A DNA stretch of 64,000 nucleotides from a virus (IMGVR_UViG_3300012996_000001:1-64000), one strand, 5' to 3'. Counted from the first letter of the stretch, positions 37,260-46,072 are shown. Notes: generated by a model not told the origin, from the sequence alone. Numbers and translations are program-made.

Positions 37260-37657
37260 TGGAACCTATCTGGCAATATGTGACGCTGACTGTATTTTTC
37301 TCCTTGGGTGTTATTCTGCACATCCTTGGGGTGGGGATTATCGCTGCGGCAAACAGCGTCAAAGCCAACATGGAGAAAAAACCTATTGAACCGCTGACGA
37401 GTAATGGGCTATTTTTCAAACTGCTCATCGGTTCTTTCGCGATGTACTTGTCCTACAGCCTGTATGTTTGGTCACCAGGATTTTTAGGTACAACTATCTT
37501 GATTATTCACTGGGCATCTGTGATCTCTTCCTTCTTGGGTCAGTTACTTTCCGCAGGCCGCTATCCTAAGTATAGCGTAGCTAAAGAAGTTTTCGGTCTG
37601 CTACGTTCACTGTTCATGTTAGGCTTGATTATTAGTTACGGTGTTGTATGTCTCTAA
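37259..37657 (+). CDS. membrane protein (132 aa, 4 TM)
   Basis: Hydrophobic ORF. Confidence 0.4.
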   Translation: MEPIWQYVTLTVFFSLGVILHILGVGIIAAANSVKANMEKKPIEPLTSNGLFFKLLIGSFAMYLSYSLYVWSPGFLGTTILIIHWASVISSFLGQLLSAGRYPKYSVAKEVFGLLRSLFMLGLIISYGVVCL

Positions 37658-37744
37658 CAAGAGACTGTACTAATTGTGACAACTTCATCCGGGTGAAAAA
37701 GCCCGGGTGGGTTGGTCTCTGCGATTTGCACGACTGGAGGATTG

Positions 37745-38239
37745 ATGGAAAACTTGATGATCCCGGGTGAGTTGGCCCGGGCATTGAGCATAGACTACCA
37801 CAGGACTTTCCTGTGTGTACGTTGGGCAGAATCGCATATCGCGGAAGGGAAGATAGACGACTATGGAGGACAGGCTAAGGAGGTTGTTGAGGGAATTTAT
37901 GTCCGGCTAGAGTCTAATCACTTGGAGTACGATGTCAAAGAAGGTAAAATTATAAATTTAAGCCAAGGGATTTTAAAGAATTATCTTGAGGATATCTCCA
38001 AGCCAAAGGGAGAAGAATTGTCACTCTTCCGATTGTGTGAACCTCAGGAATATGATAGACTTTGTAAAGAAGCATCAAAGTACAGTATGATTTTTAGTAG
38101 GCCCCACAGTTGTATGTTGCATTACATAATTCAAGAGAAGCTTTGTTCGGGTTGTAATTCGATCCGCAGTCGTGTTAACTACGATACGGGAAGTGAGTGG
38201 AAATATTTTTGCGGACGAGGCCCACGCTGCTGTCCGTAA
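37745..38239 (+). CDS. hypothetical Cys-rich protein
   Basis: GGAGG RBS. C-terminal CSGC...CGRGPRCC. Confidence 0.4.
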   Translation: MENLMIPGELARALSIDYHRTFLCVRWAESHIAEGKIDDYGGQAKEVVEGIYVRLESNHLEYDVKEGKIINLSQGILKNYLEDISKPKGEELSLFRLCEPQEYDRLCKEASKYSMIFSRPHSCMLHYIIQEKLCSGCNSIRSRVNYDTGSEWKYFCGRGPRCCP

Positions 38240-38248
38240 GGAGGATTA

Positions 38249-38509
38249 ATGGACAGTAAGAAAGGTTATCATTTAGCAGATATAGAAAAAAGGCGTTACG
38301 GATCTCTTGGCAAAATCCAAGAAGAAGCCGAGGAGCTACTCGATGCTCATCGCCAAGGGTGCCACATCATGGTGCTGATTGAACTGGCGGATCTTTACGG
38401 GGCCATTGAAGGTTTCTTGGCCGAAAATTATCCAGACAGGACTATGGCGGACTTGAAAAAGTTCTCCGACATAACCCGAAGAGCATTTGTCAACGGGCAC
38501 AGGCAGTAA
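38249..38509 (+). CDS. small MazG/HisE-like NTP pyrophosphohydrolase (86 aa)
   Basis: EEAEELLDAH....VLIELADLYGAIEGF matches the all-alpha NTP-PPase EExxE / ELADL pattern. Confidence 0.4.
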   Translation: MDSKKGYHLADIEKRRYGSLGKIQEEAEELLDAHRQGCHIMVLIELADLYGAIEGFLAENYPDRTMADLKKFSDITRRAFVNGHRQ

Positions 38510-38527
38510 TAACCCAACGGAGAAGTT

Positions 38528-39127
38528 ATGAAACACCCGGTAGATTTGAAACTGATAACGGATGCAGCTTTCTGGTGGTCTTCTCGTGGGTTCAGGGAAA
38601 CCGCTGTGCCTGCAATGGTATGCAAAGAGGTGATGGACCATACGGTTCCGCCTGGCGCTGTTGACCTTCGACTAGAAGGTTTTGATCGTGATTGCGTGGT
38701 GGCATCGGCTGAGCAGTCTTTTCTCCAGTTAGAGCTTGACGGGGAGTTGAGCTACGGTGACTGGATGGCACTCACCCCGTGCTACCGCTATGAAACCAAC
38801 CATGACGAGATTCACTTACCCGTTTTCCTCAAGCTGGAGTTATTCTCGCTTCCGGAGGGGCCGGATGAGAAAGAGATGCAGACAGCAGCACTACGTCTTG
38901 CCACCAAATTCCAAGATATGTTTTTTGATATCCGAGGCATCCCGACGGAGATTAAAGAGACAACCGAAGGTTGGGATGCATATTACCGTGGTATTGAACT
39001 CGGATCCTTCGGTGTAAGACGTACCTTACGCAATCAACTCTACCTTTATGGCACAGGGATCGCGGAACCGAGAGCATCTTTTGTGATCCAAAAACACTCG
39101 GAAGGTGAAATAGCTAATTTTGCATAA
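38528..39127 (+). CDS. minimal class II aminoacyl-tRNA synthetase-like catalytic core (EpmA/LysRS/AsnA-like), 199 aa
   Basis: Motif 2-like CYRYETNHDEIHLPVFLKLELF (class II FRNE...H.PEFT.LE). YYRGIELGSFGVRR parallels EpmA/LysRS EVYYKGIELANGF. Motif 3-like YGTGIAEPRASF (GLGIDRL). Confidence 0.45.
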   Translation: MKHPVDLKLITDAAFWWSSRGFRETAVPAMVCKEVMDHTVPPGAVDLRLEGFDRDCVVASAEQSFLQLELDGELSYGDWMALTPCYRYETNHDEIHLPVFLKLELFSLPEGPDEKEMQTAALRLATKFQDMFFDIRGIPTEIKETTEGWDAYYRGIELGSFGVRRTLRNQLYLYGTGIAEPRASFVIQKHSEGEIANFA

Positions 39128-39330
39128 ATTTGCACTGCAAGGCATAACCTATCGTAACGATCTGTGCGATAGGTATTTTCGATGCATTTAAATTGATTTA
39201 AGCGTATTAATTGTGAAAAGGGTATTTTGTTGTGTAAATTGACAACATCTTAACTTTGTCAATAGTCTTCTGTTGTATTTTTGCATAACATGGTAAAATG
39301 GTTGCGCAGAAACTACAACGGGAGAAAGCT

Positions 39331-39774
39331 ATGTTTTACACATATGTTAATCAACTTCCGATGGTGGAGGGAAACCTCCGGTTGAGCCGGGGTGACCGCT
39401 TGAATTATTCTTGTGGGATCCTGAGGAAATCGAAGCCGGACTCCGAGGGCTTTCGAGCTTTTGTGCTGTATGACAAAGCCCGAGGGGTAGGTTATCGCAT
39501 AAACCGTAATGGTATGATGGTGGAATACCCTGATCACCAGGTTTTTGTAGGTAACCCGGAGGAACTGAAACACACCCCTTTTGCTGTGACTGGAGACGAG
39601 GCTGAGATTAACTCCTTCCTTCTGCTCTGCGGTAGAATAACTGAAGAGCACAAGCATAGACAATCTTTCGTTAACAGATTACGGTATTACACAACAGAGC
39701 CTGTCGGCAAGTTAATCCTTGCAGGCGGGATCATTTACGCCATTATCACACTTATAGTGCTGATCTTTGGGTGA
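39331..39774 (+). CDS. hypothetical protein with C-terminal TM anchor
   Basis: GGGAGAAAG RBS. Preceded by AT-rich promoter region 39135-39300. Confidence 0.4.
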   Translation: MFYTYVNQLPMVEGNLRLSRGDRLNYSCGILRKSKPDSEGFRAFVLYDKARGVGYRINRNGMMVEYPDHQVFVGNPEELKHTPFAVTGDEAEINSFLLLCGRITEEHKHRQSFVNRLRYYTTEPVGKLILAGGIIYAIITLIVLIFG

Positions 39775-39779
39775 CACAG

Positions 39780-39814
39780 GTCGGCTACCGTAAGGTGGTC
39801 GGCCTTTTTCTTTG
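39780..39814 (+). terminator. rho-independent terminator
   Basis: An 11-bp stem with three G-U pairs, GTAA loop and a TTTTTCTTT tail. Confidence 0.5.
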
Positions 39815-39822
39815 GGGGTTTT

Positions 39823-40167
39823 ATGACTCAGGTGGGTATTTTCTTTAAGGGTGCGTTACCGGATGTGACTAAACTACCGCCCAGTGCAGAGAGAGGAGAT
39901 GCCTACTTGGTCGGCGGGGTGACCTACGCCTACATGAACGGAACGTGGTTGCAACTAGGGGCTCAATTGAACAATTTTTTCCAAAACAATTTGTGTTACT
40001 CAGGGGTAGCTGTTACTCTACTTTCAGAAAATGACTTAGAGTCTTTGTTCATCTGCCCAATCGATTTGTCGGAAGAAGATCTGGAGTTTTTCAAGATCAC
40101 CTACCCGGAAGATTACCGTACATTTGAGTATCTCTGGAAAGGGGCGGATAAGGTAAGGGTTGCATAA
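39823..40167 (+). CDS. paralog family member 1 (114 aa)
   Basis: C-terminal module EDLEFFKITYPEDYRTFEYLW. Confidence 0.45.
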   Translation: MTQVGIFFKGALPDVTKLPPSAERGDAYLVGGVTYAYMNGTWLQLGAQLNNFFQNNLCYSGVAVTLLSENDLESLFICPIDLSEEDLEFFKITYPEDYRTFEYLWKGADKVRVA

Positions 40168-40189
40168 AACATAAAGAGGGTAACGGTAA

Positions 40190-40702
40190 GTGAGAAAATC
40201 AACTGAAGAGATATCGAGAGAAGTCTTTGGAAAGGGAGCCAGGATGCTGGGATGGAAAAGTTGGTTCGTATTCCAGCCTTTTTTCAAAGAGATAGAAAAA
40301 CATGTTGCCAAGTCTAAAGAAGTAGGTTCCAGAAAGGACATGCTGATGAAAGGTGGCGTCAGCGCCAGCCACTTCGATGGAAAAGGTATTTATCTCAAAC
40401 TAGATAGCGAAAACGGGGACCTCGTATACTTCTCATTACCGGGGTCGTACAATGCCGAATTGTTAGTATATGCAGAGGATAGTGTTTATTGTCCAAGTAA
40501 AGACATTAAAAAGCCCTTGGGTAATATTTTCGATGACCCTCAGAAACCCAGCTTTGAAGAGTTGGATGCTTTCACCGTAATCTACGGGAATGAAGATGTA
40601 TTGTTGGACATCGCTCATGAATTTTTACCTGCAATAATTGCATTCAATAAATCGGCTGTTAAAAACAGCTTGTCTGTACAGTGGCTGGAGAAATGGTTCT
40701 GA
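40190..40702 (+). CDS. paralog family member 2 (170 aa)
   Basis: GTG start. C-terminal EELDAFTVIYGNEDVLLDIAHEF. Confidence 0.4.
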   Translation: MRKSTEEISREVFGKGARMLGWKSWFVFQPFFKEIEKHVAKSKEVGSRKDMLMKGGVSASHFDGKGIYLKLDSENGDLVYFSLPGSYNAELLVYAEDSVYCPSKDIKKPLGNIFDDPQKPSFEELDAFTVIYGNEDVLLDIAHEFLPAIIAFNKSAVKNSLSVQWLEKWF

Positions 40703-41151
40703 TGACGGATATCAAAGAGACTATCGAGAAGTTAGCTACAGATTGGACTTGGACTGCTGTAAAGGAACATAGAAATCGACATGTGCTGATAAAGGTGCGG
40801 CGTTTCAGAAGCTTGACGGTTAAAGTACCCCATGAGTTTGGGGAGCAGCACTTCGATATTCGGCATGAACCCGAGAAAGGGAAGCATGACCTTAGGATAT
40901 GGACAAAAACTCAAGGTGGCCTTTTGCAGTGGAGGACATGCCCGGTAAAAGGAGATAGATTAGTGTACGTTAAATTTGGGGGACAACCTGAGAAAGAAAA
41001 GGTCGCCTTGGAGGACATCTTCTTGGATCCTCTGCATGTCGACGAAGGTGAGGTGGAGTTTTTCAAGGTCATGTACCCTGACTTGGTAAAACTCCTTCGA
41101 CTTTTTTCTCAGGCTGTTGATTTGGTAGATCAAAAAATAGAGGACGACTAA
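40702..41151 (+). CDS. paralog family member 3
   Basis: N-terminal LATDWTW. C-terminal EGEVEFFKVMYPDLVKLLRLF. Confidence 0.45.
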   Translation: MTDIKETIEKLATDWTWTAVKEHRNRHVLIKVRRFRSLTVKVPHEFGEQHFDIRHEPEKGKHDLRIWTKTQGGLLQWRTCPVKGDRLVYVKFGGQPEKEKVALEDIFLDPLHVDEGEVEFFKVMYPDLVKLLRLFSQAVDLVDQKIEDD

Positions 41152-41179
41152 ATGAACAGTAATATTCTTGTAAAATCTC

Positions 41180-41452
41180 TTGACGGAACGGTGCACAGGG
41201 CCTGTTGGAACACCAGGTCCGCCCGGCAGGGAAACAGTCTACTGTTCTATGGTTTACTGTGGTATAGAATTCGAAGTGAGGATATATCCGGCAAGTAAAC
41301 AATATTTCGAGGACCTTGATAACATAACCGGTGACGAGTTGGACTTCTTAAAGGTCATGTGTCAAGAAGATTTTGACGCCATACGTGAATCGTGGGCGGT
41401 AGCTTGGACAAAGAAGAAAGCCTTTGAGGCTTTTGATAGAGGGGAATTTTAA
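41180..41452 (+). CDS. paralog family member 4, collagen-like GPVGTPGPPGRE
   Basis: TTG start. C-terminal GDELDFLKVMCQEDFDAIRESW. An ATG at 41152 lies in another frame. Confidence 0.4.
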   Translation: MTERCTGPVGTPGPPGRETVYCSMVYCGIEFEVRIYPASKQYFEDLDNITGDELDFLKVMCQEDFDAIRESWAVAWTKKKAFEAFDRGEF

Positions 41453-41453
41453 G

Positions 41454-41879
41454 ATGGGTTGGATTAATAGTCATAATCCCAATCAGATCGTGGTCCCTTA
41501 CTTGCCGACCCCTGCGGATCCGGTGTCACTTTATCAGCAGAGAAAAAAGATTGAGGAAGCTATGTCAGCGACAAGTATAAGCACCGGGCTTGTTAGAAAC
41601 GCACCTGATGTAAGGACTGCGATGGAATCTTGGAATGACATTGTCAAAAAAGTAAATGGTGACAGAAACACACCCAAGAAAAGATCTCTAACTTACAAAG
41701 GTCTGACTTTCTTCCCCCAGTTGAAAGAAGACTCTATGGAGTTCTTCGAAGAAAAGGAAATAAAAACAGAAGAAATTCAACTGCTTGAGATAACATTCCC
41801 GGAAGAGTATACCAAGCTTAAGAAAGCCTGGATGGAGGTTTACCTCCTTAAAATTGCATCGGAAGCTTTCGATAATTGA
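41454..41879 (+). CDS. paralog family member 5
   Basis: C-terminal EEIQLLEITFPEEYTKLKKAW. Confidence 0.4.
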   Translation: MGWINSHNPNQIVVPYLPTPADPVSLYQQRKKIEEAMSATSISTGLVRNAPDVRTAMESWNDIVKKVNGDRNTPKKRSLTYKGLTFFPQLKEDSMEFFEEKEIKTEEIQLLEITFPEEYTKLKKAWMEVYLLKIASEAFDN

Positions 41880-41936
41880 TTGACAGGGGTGTAGGTCGAC
41901 TGCTACAGTTAGCCTACACAAATTAAAGGGGGTTTT

Positions 41937-42098
41937 ATGGACAGATTTTGGATAATCTCGCTTTGTGGAGTATTAGCAGGGGCATTTGCAGCAGGCTTTG
42001 GAATGAATCTGTGGCAGTCTTGTGTAAATGGCCTTGTATTCGGCGCGATAGCTGTCTTAGCCATCTGGATCAAACGGAGGAGAAAGATTAATGGGTAA
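41937..42098 (+). CDS. small membrane peptide (53 aa)
   Basis: AAGGGGG RBS. Two TM segments. Confidence 0.3.
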   Translation: MDRFWIISLCGVLAGAFAAGFGMNLWQSCVNGLVFGAIAVLAIWIKRRRKING

Positions 42099-42384
42099 AT
42101 ACACACGCTGGTCAAGTCTGTTGGTGGAAGCTATGCGGCTCGACCTGCGGGAACAGTTCTTTTCCGGTAAAGAAGAATCACTTGACGAAGAGTGGGATTT
42201 GTTTGAAACTGTCGAGCCTGAAGCAGCGAGAATCCTATACGAGGACGTTTTGAAACCGAAGCTTGATGATCTGATTGAAGACCTCAAGTTCCAAAGAGTA
42301 ATGAACGCTTTCGCAGAGAAAAACGATCATCGTAAAGCCACGATGATGAAAATACAGCATAGTGCTGAAAAACTTAAATGGTAG
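42091..42384 (+). CDS. hypothetical protein (97 aa)
   Basis: ORF. Confidence 0.4.
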   Translation: MGKYTRWSSLLVEAMRLDLREQFFSGKEESLDEEWDLFETVEPEAARILYEDVLKPKLDDLIEDLKFQRVMNAFAEKNDHRKATMMKIQHSAEKLKW

Positions 42385-42394
42385 GAGACAAGAG

Positions 42395-42658
42395 ATGCAA
42401 CAAGGTACAAGAGAGTACACACTGATGATTGGTCAGCCTGCGTATGAAAAATCCGGGGAACGCTTTGCTGTATTTATGCACGATACGTATTATCCTAGCG
42501 GCGGGGCCAAAGATTTTATTGGCTTCGCAGACACACTGGCAGAAGCTTTAGAAATGGTTGAACAAAACAAAGACAATGTGGTATTAGGGCAGTACCATAT
42601 CGCCTCCTCCTCCACGATGAAAATTGTGGCTGAAGGCCAACTTGGGTGGGAAAACTGA
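42395..42658 (+). CDS. hypothetical protein
   Basis: ORF. Confidence 0.4.
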   Translation: MQQGTREYTLMIGQPAYEKSGERFAVFMHDTYYPSGGAKDFIGFADTLAEALEMVEQNKDNVVLGQYHIASSSTMKIVAEGQLGWEN

Positions 42659-42930
42659 TGGGCAAATTCTCATCCGTCTGCTTCATGGTGGTTGATCCTG
42701 ACACAGGCTTAGCCTCGAATGTTGGTTTTGCACCAGATTCAAAGGCCATGCTTAAGCTGGCCTATCCCGGTCTTCCTCGTGAGGTTTTCACAAGGCCAGA
42801 AATTATCAAAATGATGGACGAGTGCGATAACTTAACGGGCGCTCTCTATGTCATTGAGCCAAAAGAGGGTCTTCCTCTTATGGTAAATTCAACGCTCGAA
42901 AAGTTACTTGAGGAGTTAGAAAGTGAATAA
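42646..42930 (+). CDS. hypothetical protein (94 aa)
   Basis: ORF. Confidence 0.4.
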   Translation: MGKLMGKFSSVCFMVVDPDTGLASNVGFAPDSKAMLKLAYPGLPREVFTRPEIIKMMDECDNLTGALYVIEPKEGLPLMVNSTLEKLLEELESE

Positions 42931-43150
42931 GCTGATTGCTGTCTTTACACTGATTTTCCTGTTGGCGTTTAATGCCTCTGCGGCAGAAGAGAAACCAAAA
43001 GAGGCTTGTGCTGTCAGTTCCCCTGTCGCAGGGACTACAGTAATAGCTTGCCCGACGTACATCCTGACAAGAGACCCCGATGGGACGACCATTTGCCGGA
43101 TCATCCCTAGCAACCCTAACGTGTTCTGTAGCAAGGTAGAGGTAAAATAA
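42923..43150 (+). CDS. small secreted Cys-containing protein (75 aa)
   Basis: GTG start with signal peptide. Confidence 0.4.
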   Translation: MNKLIAVFTLIFLLAFNASAAEEKPKEACAVSSPVAGTTVIACPTYILTRDPDGTTICRIIPSNPNVFCSKVEVK

Positions 43151-43746
43151 TGCCTCAGAGCGATTCTAAGGCCCTTGGTCCTCTAGGCAAGGTGTTTGGA
43201 TGGCTTGGCCGTAAAAACCTCTTAAACTCGCGTATAGGGGCCTTACAGGGCGATCCTGAACCAGAGCCTGAGGTAAAGGTAGAAAAGAACTTGTTTCAAT
43301 CCTTCCGAGAGGCTTGTAACTCTGCCGGGTATGCAGGAAGCGATGTAAAGTTTACTGAAGACTTAAGATCGCTTTTTATCCGGTTTAGCCCTCCCTCTAA
43401 AAAGGGTGATACGGGGGCAACTGGGTCTCCGGGGGCACAAGGTTCCCGAGGTAAAGATGCCTTCGATAAGTTTGCTGTAAACTCTCGGGAAGAAACGATG
43501 ATGGCATTCTCTTGGAAGGGTGTGAGATTCGAAGCTCCGATCCCAAATGAGCATGTAGAAGGTTTCCCACACGGACCCCTTAAGCAGGACGATATCGATT
43601 TTATTGAGGTGGTCTATGGGACTAAGGTAATATCCCGGATGGCTACCTTCTGGCGTCGTGAATACGACTACAACGAAGACGTTAGTCTTTTTAAAGGAGA
43701 AAAGCGTGTCTCAAGAAAAAGAAATTCAGCCGTATCAACAGATTAA
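43150..43746 (+). CDS. paralog family member 6, collagen-like GDTGATGSPGAQGSRGKD
   Basis: C-terminal QDDIDFIEVVYGTKVISRMATFW. Confidence 0.45.
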   Translation: MPQSDSKALGPLGKVFGWLGRKNLLNSRIGALQGDPEPEPEVKVEKNLFQSFREACNSAGYAGSDVKFTEDLRSLFIRFSPPSKKGDTGATGSPGAQGSRGKDAFDKFAVNSREETMMAFSWKGVRFEAPIPNEHVEGFPHGPLKQDDIDFIEVVYGTKVISRMATFWRREYDYNEDVSLFKGEKRVSRKRNSAVSTD

Positions 43747-43897
43747 GTTCGTATCTGGAGACTTTGAAGGTCTTCTCGGCAAGACATTAGGCCCGGTATC
43801 TGCCGACGATGACGGTTGTAACTGGTACGTCGAAGTCTACATGGGGCAGAACAGGGTAGTTCGTGAAGTGGCCTTGGAAGATATTGCACCTCTTTAA
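43706..43897 (+). CDS. hypothetical protein
   Basis: GTG start with AGGAGAAAAG RBS. Confidence 0.35.
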   Translation: MSQEKEIQPYQQIKFVSGDFEGLLGKTLGPVSADDDGCNWYVEVYMGQNRVVREVALEDIAPL

Positions 43898-43918
43898 CCG
43901 CCTCCGGGCGGTTTTTTG
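43898..43918 (+). terminator. rho-independent terminator (CCGCC-TCCG-GGCGG-T6)
   Basis: Variant of the recurring terminator at 21512 and 27524. Confidence 0.6.
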
Positions 43919-43970
43919 TTGCATTCTGTTTTTGACAGGTGTAATCTTAGAAAATAACTAAGGAGGACTT

Positions 43971-44159
43971 ATGAGAGATCCAGAAGACATGCATTATCCC
44001 ATGTGGGAAGCTATCCGTATGGAGGCCAATCACTTGGTAGTTTTTGAAGGTATGCCCGCCCGGGTTAAGATGGACATAAGCTTTGTCGATACAGCTATCC
44101 GTAGGACAGGGGTGTTCTCAAAACCGTTGCGAACTATGGCGTGCTGGATTGAAGAATAA
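43971..44159 (+). CDS. hypothetical protein (62 aa)
   Basis: AAGGAGG RBS. Confidence 0.4.
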   Translation: MRDPEDMHYPMWEAIRMEANHLVVFEGMPARVKMDISFVDTAIRRTGVFSKPLRTMACWIEE

Positions 44160-44193
44160 GTTGAAGAATTCAAGAAATACCAAGGGGTGAAAG

Positions 44194-44415
44194 GTGAAGC
44201 TTAAGTGTGTGCGTGTGATAAGCGATTACAACAAGGTTTTCCCGGTAGGCGAGGTATACGAAGCCAGTGAGCTTAAGCATGGCTTCTGCGACGTGACGGG
44301 ATACCGACCCAAACGTAACGGATCCTGTTGGACAGGTGTACTGTCCTTGGGCCATGTGGTTGTATTGGGCGTGGCTAAATTCGAAATCGTGCCGGAGGTT
44401 CAGGATGCAGGTTGA
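44194..44415 (+). CDS. hypothetical protein (73 aa)
   Basis: GTG start. Confidence 0.35.
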   Translation: MKLKCVRVISDYNKVFPVGEVYEASELKHGFCDVTGYRPKRNGSCWTGVLSLGHVVVLGVAKFEIVPEVQDAG

Positions 44416-44941
44416 AGACTTTAAAAGAGAGCAGTTCAAGTCTCTCATGAAGGAACTTACCACCGACTGGACTTGGGCAAATATCCAGCAGCTACCTGGA
44501 GTAGAGAAGCTGGTACGTACAGAGACTGGCCGTTACCGCCGGGACATGCGGACTTCTTTTACTCCGAAGGCGGGATACACCCTTAAATTTGAACTGGGGC
44601 ATGGATCGATGGCTAGCTCGTGCAGTGACAACAAACCCCGTATGGTTATTCGCCGACGGGCCAAAAACCAATATGATGAAAAACTCGTGGTGCAGTGGGA
44701 GGCCGACCACGACAAGGGCCTTTGGATACGCGTCCATAATGAGTTCGTATCAAAGCCTCATCGCTGTCTGGTAAACGTCCAAGAATTCTTTATGGACCCT
44801 TGCGATGTGCAGGATTCCGAGATAGACTTCATGAACACACTATACCCAGACATCTTTTACGCTTTGCCGTACCTGAGTGATTGGATCGCAGAATTGCCGG
44901 GTAAGCTGAGGTATGATGCAACCAAGGGTATTATTCTATGA
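44405..44941 (+). CDS. paralog family member 7
   Basis: N-terminal LTTDWTW (compare member 3). C-terminal DSEIDFMNTLYPDIFYALPYLSDW. Confidence 0.45.
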   Translation: MQVEDFKREQFKSLMKELTTDWTWANIQQLPGVEKLVRTETGRYRRDMRTSFTPKAGYTLKFELGHGSMASSCSDNKPRMVIRRRAKNQYDEKLVVQWEADHDKGLWIRVHNEFVSKPHRCLVNVQEFFMDPCDVQDSEIDFMNTLYPDIFYALPYLSDWIAELPGKLRYDATKGIIL

Positions 44942-45165
44942 AAGCCTGTAGAAGCGCTGAAAGATGGAAGGGCGATCAATACGGCATGGTACTTATGATA
45001 GTCAAAACCCCGCTTCTAAACCGGGCCATCCTCGTGCCAGCAGCGGTAAGGGACTTCCTGAAGGATGAAGACCCGGATTACTGGGTGCAGGGAGATTTCT
45101 CACTCTTACAGGTCGTGTTCCCAGAGTGGCACGACTACATTTTAAAAGAACTTGAAATAATTTAG
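44938..45165 (+). CDS. hypothetical protein (75 aa)
   Basis: ORF. Confidence 0.35.
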   Translation: MKACRSAERWKGDQYGMVLMIVKTPLLNRAILVPAAVRDFLKDEDPDYWVQGDFSLLQVVFPEWHDYILKELEII

Positions 45166-45173
45166 GAGGTTAT

Positions 45174-45359
45174 ATGCAGCATTTGCCAAAACACATCACT
45201 GAGATCGCTCTCAAGTCGCTGACAAACGAGGCGCTGGTAGAGCGCATGTGGGAAGTCCGCGCCCAACTAATGCGGGATCCTCACAATGGCCTGGTCAGGA
45301 ACTTGCTTAAGAATTTCACCAAAGAAATGACACACCGGGGAATGTTGAATGCTGAGTGA
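45174..45359 (+). CDS. hypothetical protein (61 aa)
   Basis: ORF. Confidence 0.35.
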   Translation: MQHLPKHITEIALKSLTNEALVERMWEVRAQLMRDPHNGLVRNLLKNFTKEMTHRGMLNAE

Positions 45360-45534
45360 AAAAGAACTCCAAGAGCGCTACGAGGAGGAAATGGAGAAGA
45401 ACATACAAATGCTGGAACGTCGTAACGCCGGGGAGTGTGAAGGCTGCGGCGGTAAACCTGATCCTGGTGAACCCACTGAAGAAGAGCCTTATCTTCTTTG
45501 TCACTCCTGCTATGTAAAGGCGTTTTGCTTATGA
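45349..45534 (+). CDS. hypothetical Zn-ribbon protein (61 aa)
   Basis: CEGCGG...CHSC. Confidence 0.35.
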   Translation: MLSEKELQERYEEEMEKNIQMLERRNAGECEGCGGKPDPGEPTEEEPYLLCHSCYVKAFCL

Positions 45535-45764
45535 AAAAGTATGTGTATGAATTGTATAACGAAAAGGCAGACTGCCTCGACGGTGTCAAGCGACTGTCGG
45601 TAGGGTACTTCACAAGTTTACCCGAGGTGAGGGCCTACGTTGAAGGTAGTCGGCCCGATTTCAGTCCGGAAGACTTCTCTTGTTTCCGGTACGGTTTCAA
45701 TCCAAAACCTAACGACAAGATTTATGCCGGGATCCGTGTCGATATCTACTCGGAGGTTAAATAA
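45531..45764 (+). CDS. hypothetical protein
   Basis: ORF. Confidence 0.35.
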   Translation: MKKYVYELYNEKADCLDGVKRLSVGYFTSLPEVRAYVEGSRPDFSPEDFSCFRYGFNPKPNDKIYAGIRVDIYSEVK

Positions 45765-46072
45765 TGGGCTGTTTTATTTTCCTTGTGTTGGCGATAATCC
45801 TCGGCTATATTGCATGTATAGCTATTGCGAAGAAAAAGCCTAAGAAGACCCTGATCATGTATGGCTATCCGCCGTACGGTAAGGTCTGGCTATCCATCTA
45901 CCACCGCAGGAAGACTGATGAGTGGATATTTGAATGGGATGACCTGTTTGATGACGGACGCCCCAGCGACTGGGGACACATCAGTGAAGACTTCATGTTT
46001 GCGGACAAGGCGGCAACGAAAGAAGAAATTCAGAGTGCCCGTAAAAAACTGAAAAAGAGAGGATATTACTAA
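45764..46072 (+). CDS. hypothetical membrane-anchored protein (102 aa)
   Basis: ORF. Confidence 0.4.
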   Translation: MGCFIFLVLAIILGYIACIAIAKKKPKKTLIMYGYPPYGKVWLSIYHRRKTDEWIFEWDDLFDDGRPSDWGHISEDFMFADKAATKEEIQSARKKLKKRGYY

